Shown one piece after another: positions 56,394 through 64,000 of a stretch of 64,000 nucleotides of DNA (within the stretch, counting starts at the first letter, position 1; each line of letters starts with the position of its first letter). Source of the DNA: an uncultured virus (IMG/VR IMGVR_UViG_3300013112_000606). Taxonomy: Duplodnaviria > Heunggongvirae > Uroviricota > Caudoviricetes. Location: the IMG/VR virus record IMGVR_UViG_3300013112_000606; one strand, 5' to 3'. Made by a program: the position numbers and the translations under genes. Below the pieces are notes generated by a model that saw only the letters and a program-made list of their open reading frames with translations, did no database searches and had not been told where the DNA came from.

Positions 56394-57410
56394 ATGGCAC
56401 TCGTCGCCGTACTCGACCAGACCTTCACCGACCCCGACGACTTCATCGACGGGGCCAGTGGCCTGCACGCCACCCTGCTGGGTGCCGGGTGGACGATGCT
56501 GGAGGAGCTCGACGCGGCCTCCGGCCAGCAGGACCGCGTGTACACGAGCACCGGCGAGTCCGGCGACGAGGCCCTCTTCCTCCGCGCCACCCACGACAGC
56601 GCCAACGACCGTGTCAACTTCCGCGCCTACTCCTGGTGGGATGACGCGCTCAGCGCCGGCTACAACGTCGTCGGCGACGTCGCGGGCAACAGCTGCATCC
56701 AGCTGGTCGCGGCCCAACACGACGCGTGGCTCGTCGCCGACGGTGACGCCATCGCCATCGTCTGCAACCCCGACGCCACCAGCACCTACAACAAGTTCTT
56801 CGGGGGCAACCTCGAGCGCCTGCTGCCCTCCCAGCTGACGGGCAGGACCACGCTGGCTGCGCCGGTCGGCGGCTGGAACGGCCAGGGCGACGCTCAGCTG
56901 CTGTGCAACACGGGCACGGACTTCACCAAGTTCGCCATCGACCAGTACATCTGGCTCGTCAGCCAGGACGACAGCGCCCCGACCATCGCCGAGCGCGTGC
57001 AGATCCTGGGCCTCGACGCCCCCACCTACACCATCTTCCTGACCGCGGCGCTCACCTACGACTTCGCCCTCGGGACGCTGGTGGGTACGGACCCGCAGCC
57101 GATGGTCCTGTGGGGCGACAGCAACGGGCTCCTCAGCACGGCGACCCCGCTGGGGCTGCACGACGGCGCCGACTACGACCCGGTCAACCTCTCTTTCACC
57201 TTCCCGTCCTTGGCCGTGACGCCGGACGGGTACGTCCCCGTGTACCCCATCCGCCTGGACGACGCCGTCACCGACTACCTGGCAGGGCAGTGCCCGTTCT
57301 TCCTCGGCACGGCTTCCGGCCTGGCCGATGAGGACGACCTGGTGGACGGCACGACGCAGTACGTCGTCTTCGACGACGGCGCCTCGGTGGTGGCGCTGAA
57401 GCACACGTAG
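56394..57410 (+). CDS. putative virion structural protein
   Basis: Acidic, beta-rich; GWT...YTSTGESG pattern. Confidence 0.6.
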   Translation: MALVAVLDQTFTDPDDFIDGASGLHATLLGAGWTMLEELDAASGQQDRVYTSTGESGDEALFLRATHDSANDRVNFRAYSWWDDALSAGYNVVGDVAGNSCIQLVAAQHDAWLVADGDAIAIVCNPDATSTYNKFFGGNLERLLPSQLTGRTTLAAPVGGWNGQGDAQLLCNTGTDFTKFAIDQYIWLVSQDDSAPTIAERVQILGLDAPTYTIFLTAALTYDFALGTLVGTDPQPMVLWGDSNGLLSTATPLGLHDGADYDPVNLSFTFPSLAVTPDGYVPVYPIRLDDAVTDYLAGQCPFFLGTASGLADEDDLVDGTTQYVVFDDGASVVALKHT

Positions 57411-57418
57411 GAGGCCCC

Positions 57419-58771
57419 ATGCGCCCGAACATGCAGACGTTCGGAGACGAGCTCCAGAAGATCGCGGCCGACGACGCCAAGCGCCGCGGCATGGGGTGGC
57501 GCGTGCCCCTCGCGGTTGGCGGCGCGACGGCGGCGGGGGCGATCCCTGCCGGGCTGGCCTACCTGCTGATGCGTCGGTTCAAGCCGGCGGTGGAGCCCGG
57601 GATGCGGGCCCTGCAGGAGGCTGCAGCCGGCAAGGCCCTGACCGTCTCGCACGAGATGTCTCCGGGACGTGCAGCAGAGTTTGGGCGTGGGTGGGGGGAC
57701 TACCTGAAGAACCTCGGCCGTGCAGCCCTGCAGCGGGACAAGGAGGGCGTCGGTAGGGCCGTCAAGGGCATGCCCTGGTGGCGGGACATGACTCCGGTGC
57801 CCAAGCGTGGGTGGAAGACGCGCACTCCAGAAGCTCTGGAAGAGGCAGCCAAGCAGGCGAGGGACAAGGTCGTTGTTCCCCGCTACCCCGGGGCACACGT
57901 GGATGCCCCTGGGGCCGTCAACATCAACGCTGGACCGCTCCGCCACATCCTGGATGACAAGTGGCTGATGCACCAGTACCTCTCAGGGAAGCCGCTCATG
58001 GGGGCGATGGGCAAGACCCCGGAGGGTACCCTGGCGACTGTGGGAGCGGGTGTCGAGCACCTGCTCCCCAAGACCCGCCTCCTGTCCGAGGCCTTGGAGA
58101 GCGTAGGGGGAGACGCAGCCAAGCTGAAGACGCTCTTCGACGACGCCGGGTACCTCATCAAGCCGCGCACTGGTGCCATGGGGCGCGGGGAGAGCTTCGT
58201 CCAGGACATCACGCCGGTGACCGCACCGCAGTTCCAGGAGGTCCTCAAGGACCCAGGCAAGTACATCATCCAGAAGAAGCTGCCCGCGGGGTTCAAGGAG
58301 TACCGCGTCCACACGTTGGCGGACAAGCCTCTGACGGCTACGCACCGCTTCCTCCCCGAGAGCCTCCAGGACCTGTGGCACTCCACCTCTGGGTCCCCGG
58401 GAGGTGGTGGGGCCTTCATGCCGGTCCTCAACCCACTCACGCGTAGGGGGCTGAAGGACACGGCGCGGAAGGCCGCGACGCAGACGCAGGTGGAGGGTGG
58501 CCGCCTCAGTGCCGGACTGCCCGAGACCCACTTCGCCTGGGACATCGCCAAGCTGCCGGACGGGACGTTCAAGATCATCGAGGCCAATCCGTACCCTGGG
58601 ACCATGCGCAGCCCGTTCGTGATGAGCAAGCTGGAAGGCGCCCTGGCAGGCAAGACCCCGCGCTTCGTGGCGGCCCCCGCTGCGGCCGGGGTCGGCCTGG
58701 CGGGCACCGGCGTCGCCGCAGGCGCCACGGTGCCGCTCTCCCTCATCGGCTCCAAGAAGAAGGGGGAGTAG
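57419..58771 (+). CDS. ATP-grasp (RimK-like) ligase with FGDELQKIAA tag and terminal hydrophobic segments
   Basis: DDKWLM, PKT, IKPRTGAMGRG, IIQKKL, EYRVH, FAWDI, IIEANPYPG. Confidence 0.8.
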   Translation: MRPNMQTFGDELQKIAADDAKRRGMGWRVPLAVGGATAAGAIPAGLAYLLMRRFKPAVEPGMRALQEAAAGKALTVSHEMSPGRAAEFGRGWGDYLKNLGRAALQRDKEGVGRAVKGMPWWRDMTPVPKRGWKTRTPEALEEAAKQARDKVVVPRYPGAHVDAPGAVNINAGPLRHILDDKWLMHQYLSGKPLMGAMGKTPEGTLATVGAGVEHLLPKTRLLSEALESVGGDAAKLKTLFDDAGYLIKPRTGAMGRGESFVQDITPVTAPQFQEVLKDPGKYIIQKKLPAGFKEYRVHTLADKPLTATHRFLPESLQDLWHSTSGSPGGGGAFMPVLNPLTRRGLKDTARKAATQTQVEGGRLSAGLPETHFAWDIAKLPDGTFKIIEANPYPGTMRSPFVMSKLEGALAGKTPRFVAAPAAAGVGLAGTGVAAGATVPLSLIGSKKKGE

Positions 58772-59185
58772 ATGGCCACCTACCCCGCCATCCTGATCCA
58801 GCCCCTCGCTGTTGCGGCGAAGTACTACCTCCCGCTGCACGAGAGCCACCTCTGCCGGGTGTACTGGAAGCTCGCGACGCTGACAGGCCGGCCCGCCGAG
58901 AACGTGGTGGTGGCCTTCTCCTCGACCTTCTCCCTCCCCATCGTGGGCCGTGCAGGGCTCTCCGGCGCAGTCGCCGAGGGCCAGACGGACTCCCACGGCG
59001 AGGGGGAGCTCAACCTCGTCCGCGGTGCCACCCTGGAGGTGAGCATCTACGGCACGCGCTACACCAGGACCATCGAGATCCCTGACAGGGCAGAGCAGGA
59101 CCTGTTCTACCTGCTGGCCGACGCGCCGGACGCGCTCAGCGTCCAGATCGCCCAGGTGATGTCCGTGCCGAGGGAGTCGCCCTGA
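58772..59185 (+). CDS. hypothetical structural protein
   Basis: Codon bias; beta-sandwich-like. Confidence 0.65.
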   Translation: MATYPAILIQPLAVAAKYYLPLHESHLCRVYWKLATLTGRPAENVVVAFSSTFSLPIVGRAGLSGAVAEGQTDSHGEGELNLVRGATLEVSIYGTRYTRTIEIPDRAEQDLFYLLADAPDALSVQIAQVMSVPRESP

Positions 59186-60078
59186 TGGTTGCCGTCAGCT
59201 TCCACGTCATCGACCAGCACGCCGCCGACGTCGAGGGCCTCGTCATCCGGGTCTACGACGAGGACAACGTCTACCGGCAGGACGAGCAGTCCACGGACGC
59301 TGCGGGCCTGGCCAACTTCAACCTGGCGGCCGGGCGCTGGTACGCGCGCTTCTACGGGGAGCCGGCCGAGGCCACGGTCGAGACCCCGATGGTCTTCACC
59401 GTCATCGACCCGGGGACCAACAGCTTCGAGCTCGAGGTGGCGGTGTTCGAGCACCCGCAGGCTGCGGACCCACGCTACTGCACCCTCTCCGGGTTCTTCC
59501 GGGACGGCTCCGGCCGCCCGCAGAAGGGCCTGCCCATCCACGTCCACACCAAGTGGTCCCCCGCGGTGGCGGCGAACCCCGTGTCCGGGTACCACCCCGA
59601 CACGATGCACCTCAGCACGGACGACGATGGGTATGTCCAGTTCGACATGCTGCGCGGTGCCAAGGTCGACGTCATCTTCGGTCCCATCGCCGACCAGCTC
59701 ATCGACTGCGAGGTCCCGGACCAGGCGGCGGTCGACGTCGTGGACTGGATCTTCCCGTGGGTCGCCTCGGTGGCCTACGTCCCACCCGGGCCCCTGGCCA
59801 TGGTGGTCGGAGACACCCAGAACGTGGTCCCCTCGGCCGTCCTGACCAACGGGCTCCCCCTCGCGGTGGGGACGGACTGCACCCCCTGGGAGGCCCTGGA
59901 GTTCACCTCGTCTGACGAGGATGTCCTCACGGTGACCCCGGTGGGGACGCACTTCGTGGTCACGGCCGTCGGCGCCGGGGCTGCCACGGTGACCGCCGCC
60001 GTCCGCGAGGACGTGTTCATGGAGCGCCTCCCCCTCCCCACCCTCACGGGGGCCGTCCTGTCTGTCGTGGTGACCTGA
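59185..60078 (+). CDS. Ig-like domain structural protein
   Basis: C-terminal Big_2-like FTSSDEDVLTV...VTAVGAGAATVTA. Confidence 0.7.
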   Translation: MVAVSFHVIDQHAADVEGLVIRVYDEDNVYRQDEQSTDAAGLANFNLAAGRWYARFYGEPAEATVETPMVFTVIDPGTNSFELEVAVFEHPQAADPRYCTLSGFFRDGSGRPQKGLPIHVHTKWSPAVAANPVSGYHPDTMHLSTDDDGYVQFDMLRGAKVDVIFGPIADQLIDCEVPDQAAVDVVDWIFPWVASVAYVPPGPLAMVVGDTQNVVPSAVLTNGLPLAVGTDCTPWEALEFTSSDEDVLTVTPVGTHFVVTAVGAGAATVTAAVREDVFMERLPLPTLTGAVLSVVVT

Positions 60079-60467
60079 TGCGCGTGATGTCCAACGGCAG
60101 CACCCTCGCCGTCATCGACGGGGAAACGCGGTCGGTGCAGCTCGTCGAGATGGAGCAGCCCGCACCCCACGTTGCCGAGGTGGACGCCGTCCGGAGCCGC
60201 CGGCTCTGGCTGTGTGTCATCCGCCAGGCCATCCACGACTTCGTGTCCACCAAGGGCTCGGATCGCGTGGAGAAGCGGAAGCTCCACTCCGAGGCAAAGC
60301 GGTGGCTGTTCGGCGAGGACGACCTGACGCTGTCCAACTCCTACGCGTCACTCTGCCTGGAGCTGGGCATCCCAACCAGCCTGGGCAGGCAGTTGGCCCT
60401 CGCCATGGACCCCAAGAAGGTGTGGCGGGTAGAGATGCTGGGGAGGCGGAAGCGTGGCCGCGTATGA
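60078..60467 (+). CDS. conserved phage hypothetical protein
   Basis: RRLWLCVIRQAIHD...AKRWL...SYASLCLELGI. Confidence 0.65.
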   Translation: MRVMSNGSTLAVIDGETRSVQLVEMEQPAPHVAEVDAVRSRRLWLCVIRQAIHDFVSTKGSDRVEKRKLHSEAKRWLFGEDDLTLSNSYASLCLELGIPTSLGRQLALAMDPKKVWRVEMLGRRKRGRV

Positions 60468-63000
60468 CTCCGACAAGCTGGCAGGCTCCCTCGCTCGCGC
60501 GCTGACCCCGCAGAACACGCTGCAGCGCACGCGCTCGGGCACCCCTGCGACCGAGTCGGACTTCTACCGCATCCACGAGGAGGCCTGCACCCTCCTCCTC
60601 CTGCAGCCCCAGCTGGCCTACTGGTTCGCGCACCGGGCGACCAACCAGACCCGGGCGTACCTGCGACAGACTGTCGCGACGCTCGAGACCATCATCATCT
60701 CCCTCGTCGACTCCCTGACGCCGGCGGTCCCCGTGTCCTCCACGGAGTCGCTCACGGCCGCGCTGCAGCACCTGCAGACCGCAGACAGGGTGGCCTCCGT
60801 CACCGGCGGATCCACGCGCACGGTCGAGCACTCCATGTCCCGGGCCCTCGACGAGATCGACGCCTTCTCCAGGGAGCTGCTCCCGAACGTCGCCCCGCGG
60901 GTAGGTGGCCGGACGGTGGACACCGCCTACGCCATCGGCAACGAGGCCATGGAGACGGCTCGGGAGGCCATGGAGACGGCGGACAAGCAGTACCTGCGGC
61001 TCAACGAGATGTTGAGCGCCCTGCGGAGCTCCGTCCCCCAGCTCTCTGTGGAGTCCATGCGCCAGAAGGTCTCCCCCTCGCTGATGCAGCGAGCAGAGGG
61101 AGCCGTGGCCAGCGCCATCAGCTACTACGACCGCACGGCACCCGAGGAGGCCACGAAGGTGTCGTCGGCGGTGCTCGCCAACCTGCAGGCCTTCTCCACG
61201 GGCACCCGCCTGGTCGACGCGGCGCGGAGCCCCCTGGTCCCGAAGGTGCTCAGCAAGCAGCTGCAGCTGGACGACGCACGGGCGCGCCCCTCTGGCAGCG
61301 ACCTCCGCCTGGTCCCCGCGGGGGACCCTGAGCCCCTCACCGTCGAGCTGACCCCGGCGGATGTCCTCCCGGTGGGGACGACCCTGAGCTACGCGCGTGA
61401 CGGCGGCCCGGATGTGTCGGTGGCCATCCCTGGCTCCGGGCTGTGGAGCATGCTGGGCAACACGGACCTGAGCTCGGTGGTGATCCCCAACCCCTCGTAC
61501 CTGTACGTGGAGCAGGGCGGCACCCTGACGCCCATCCCACTCACTCCGGGGACCCAGAACATCAACCAGGTGGTGAGCGACATCAACGCGGTCATCCCCG
61601 GCTTCGCTTCCCAGTTTGGGAACACCGGCAGGCTGTCCCTGGTCAGCACCGCGGAGTTCTCGCTGGCGTCGACGTTCACCTTCGACGCCGTCCCCTCTGT
61701 CACCTCCGACACCATCCCGCTCCCCAGTGGGACCGACTGGCAGAACACTGAGCTGATGGTGGTGGTGTCGGACTCGGCAGGGGTGCACTACCAGTCGCAC
61801 ACGTTCCCCGCCCCATTCACCCCCGCGGACATCGCGGCCGTGGTGGCGGAGCTGAGCGTGGCCTCCTTCACCGACGACGGGGGGACCCCCGTGCTGTCCG
61901 TGAGCAACTCCGGCGACGCCCTCGTCCTGTCCTCCGTGGAGTCCGGGGGCGTGACCATCACCGTCAACCTGTTCTCCACCGTCATCACGGGCGGGCACCT
62001 CCCCTGGACCCACGGGGCGGCCTACGGGCGAGGATCCCAGGGGGACGCAGCGGGCACCGTGCTGGGGCTGCTGACCCCCGAGTCGACGGAGCGGACGAAC
62101 CCACAAGACATCGCGGACGCCGTCAACGACGCGGACAGCGCCCTCAACGCCTCGCTGACGGAGACGGGGACCGTGCTGGTGCAGGCCGTGAGCCCCACCC
62201 TGTCGTCCAGCCTCGAGGTGAAGGCCAGCACCGGCTCCACCGAGCTCGGGGCCACGCCAGGCCTGACCCGTGCCAGCACGACCCACATGGAGATCCGCGG
62301 GGTCGCCGCCGACGGCGCCAGCTCGGAGACGCACGACCCAGAGCTCCTGGGGGTGCAGGAGGGCGACCGCGTCCGCATCGCCTCGGGGAGCGAGGAGTTC
62401 GATGTCAGCGTCGCCTCGGTCAGCGACGGCGAGATCGTCGTGGCCACGGGGGTCCCGGGTGACCTGGGCGAGTCGAACACGCGCATCGACGACGGTGCCC
62501 AGCAGCAGTTCGTCGACATGAGCCAGTCCCTGCGGCGTGTCCCGGTGTCCCAGATGGGTGTGCGGGGCCCGCGGGAGCTCCGGGACTTCCACCAGCAATG
62601 GCTGGCCCGCCTTACGGGGCGCCAGGCCAGCCCGGGGGATGTCAAGAAGGCCGTCACCGTCTACGTCGGGATCCTCGACGCGCTCACGGACACGCCTGCC
62701 CACCCCAGCGAGCTGCAGGAGCGGCTGGCCCTCCTCAACCTGGCGCTGTCTCCCGTGTCCCCGACGGTCGAGGCCAGCCTGGTGGTGAACGACGCCCCCA
62801 CCTGGGCGCCAGGCACGGAGGACGCGGCCAAGGCCATGCTCCAGTCCTTCGAGGAGCGCGGGTACGACCGGGCGGCGGACTTCCTGAGCGAGGGGAGGCT
62901 GCTCGACTTCGTAGAACTCACTCCCCTGCAGGCGTCCCGCTCCGGTAGGGTGGAGGATGCCCTCTACAGCTCGGTCGAGGCCATGAGAGGCAGAACATGA
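60454..63000 (+). CDS. large putative structural protein
   Basis: 848 aa, Ser/Thr-rich beta core, structural context. Confidence 0.65.
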   Translation: MAAYDSDKLAGSLARALTPQNTLQRTRSGTPATESDFYRIHEEACTLLLLQPQLAYWFAHRATNQTRAYLRQTVATLETIIISLVDSLTPAVPVSSTESLTAALQHLQTADRVASVTGGSTRTVEHSMSRALDEIDAFSRELLPNVAPRVGGRTVDTAYAIGNEAMETAREAMETADKQYLRLNEMLSALRSSVPQLSVESMRQKVSPSLMQRAEGAVASAISYYDRTAPEEATKVSSAVLANLQAFSTGTRLVDAARSPLVPKVLSKQLQLDDARARPSGSDLRLVPAGDPEPLTVELTPADVLPVGTTLSYARDGGPDVSVAIPGSGLWSMLGNTDLSSVVIPNPSYLYVEQGGTLTPIPLTPGTQNINQVVSDINAVIPGFASQFGNTGRLSLVSTAEFSLASTFTFDAVPSVTSDTIPLPSGTDWQNTELMVVVSDSAGVHYQSHTFPAPFTPADIAAVVAELSVASFTDDGGTPVLSVSNSGDALVLSSVESGGVTITVNLFSTVITGGHLPWTHGAAYGRGSQGDAAGTVLGLLTPESTERTNPQDIADAVNDADSALNASLTETGTVLVQAVSPTLSSSLEVKASTGSTELGATPGLTRASTTHMEIRGVAADGASSETHDPELLGVQEGDRVRIASGSEEFDVSVASVSDGEIVVATGVPGDLGESNTRIDDGAQQQFVDMSQSLRRVPVSQMGVRGPRELRDFHQQWLARLTGRQASPGDVKKAVTVYVGILDALTDTPAHPSELQERLALLNLALSPVSPTVEASLVVNDAPTWAPGTEDAAKAMLQSFEERGYDRAADFLSEGRLLDFVELTPLQASRSGRVEDALYSSVEAMRGRT

Positions 63001-63380
63001 CCATCGAGAACGCGACGGAATACGAGGCGTCTCTCCGCCGGGACCTGTCTCGGGTGTTCAACGCCATCACGTCCCAGGCCGCGACGCAGGCCCTGGCGGA
63101 CACCACGCTGGACCACCTCATCGTGTCGGCCCTGCACCAGCTGGACTCCTCCAGCGTGGAGCTCGAGGCCCAGGTGACCTCCCTGGAGGACAAGCCCGCG
63201 GCCCAGCAGGAGCTGGGGTGGGTGGCCGCCCGGGAGGGCCGCCTTCAGGAGCTCGAGGCCCTCAACGACCTGATGGCGGGGACCGAGGGGCAGGATGGCC
63301 TTATCAAGCGGGCGGAGGATTGGTACCCTACACCCGCAACAGCACAGGGGAATCTGTTCGCTGCCCTCGGAGGAGAATAG
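62997..63380 (+). CDS. hypothetical protein
   Basis: ATGA overlap. Confidence 0.7.
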   Translation: MTIENATEYEASLRRDLSRVFNAITSQAATQALADTTLDHLIVSALHQLDSSSVELEAQVTSLEDKPAAQQELGWVAAREGRLQELEALNDLMAGTEGQDGLIKRAEDWYPTPATAQGNLFAALGGE

Positions 63381-64000
63381 GTGTCGCTCGACCTCCAGTA
63401 CGTCCAGTATCAGGACCTCATTCCTGTGGCGAAGGTGGGCTTGATCAGTGGGTACTACCCGGCCGTGTTCGACATCTACGGCAGCGACTTCAGCAGTGTG
63501 TCCTCGGTGCTCCTCAATGGTCGGGAGGCCAAGGAGTACGTCATCCTGAACAATACGCGCCTCGTGGCGCAGATGCCCGACAGCATCGCCGACGCTCCCC
63601 TCCGGGAGGTCATGGTCCTCAGCCAGGGGTTCACCGCGACGGAGCGCAGCCTGCTGCGGTTCCGCATGTCCCGGGGGAACCGACTGGTCAAGGGGATGCC
63701 GAAGCTGGTGCAGACGTTCACCAAGCTGCTGCTCACCAGCCCCGGGTCGGACATCTACGACAAGGAGGCCGGCGGCGGCCTGCTCCAGGTGCTCCACGCG
63801 CGAGGAGGCAAGGACGACCGCGCGCTGTACGCGAGCGCCTTCGCCACCTGCGTGTCCAGGACCCAGGAACAGCTGGTGCGCGCACAGGCCCTGGACCAGT
63901 CTCTGCCCCTCGAGGAGAAGCTGATGGCGGCCCAGCTGCTGTCGGTCGACTTCGACTCGGAGACGCTCACCGTGTCGGGTAGAATCCGCCTCACGTCCAT
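63381..64000 (+). CDS. IPT/TIG-like plus gp25-like baseplate protein (partial, runs off the window)
   Basis: GTG after AGGAG; IYGSDFSSVSSVLLNG, GMPKLVQTFTKLLLTSPGSD...GGG. Confidence 0.6.
   Translation, partial: MSLDLQYVQYQDLIPVAKVGLISGYYPAVFDIYGSDFSSVSSVLLNGREAKEYVILNNTRLVAQMPDSIADAPLREVMVLSQGFTATERSLLRFRMSRGNRLVKGMPKLVQTFTKLLLTSPGSDIYDKEAGGGLLQVLHARGGKDDRALYASAFATCVSRTQEQLVRAQALDQSLPLEEKLMAAQLLSVDFDSETLTVSGRIRLTS

Noticed and set aside
918..64000. Genome-wide TAG reassignment (alternative genetic code)
   Set aside because: Long genes are intact under code 11, and TAG terminates recognisable proteins at natural ends (e.g. cca, methyltransferases).

Overview
This window is a GC-rich fragment of a large tailed (jumbo-type) bacteriophage, apparently using the standard genetic code. 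It has five parts. (1) 1-11.5 kb, mostly minus strand: a wHTH-RAMP(Cas7-like)-wHTH protein with a large structured non-coding region downstream, a tmRNA, a CCA-adding enzyme and a MYG1-family nuclease. (2) 11.5-27.7 kb, plus strand: small regulators, a tail-chaperone-like pair joined by a -1 slippery site, GroES and a glycosylation/sulfation/methylation cassette. (3) 27.8-32.7 kb: 32 tRNA genes in several operons. (4) 33.3-43.8 kb, minus strand: DNA ligase, NUDIX, radical SAM, PAPS-reductase-like and DUF932 genes. (5) 43.9-64 kb, plus strand: a virion module (tape measure, baseplate-like) that also contains a sigma factor and an ATP-grasp ligase. The main observations are: an atypical tRNA whose 8-nt anticodon loop could present UCUA, directly followed by a gene that needs a +1 shift at a UAGA codon; a stand-alone RAMP protein next to a large hairpin-rich RNA candidate; a shared N-terminal F-(x)-DEL-x-K-[IL]-[SA]-A tag on the sigma factor and the ATP-grasp enzyme; a recurring ATAAG promoter motif; and leaderless mini-ORFs heading tRNA operons. 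All calls are from reading motifs by eye, with no database searches. Several single-base frameshifts at G/C runs suggest some assembly error.
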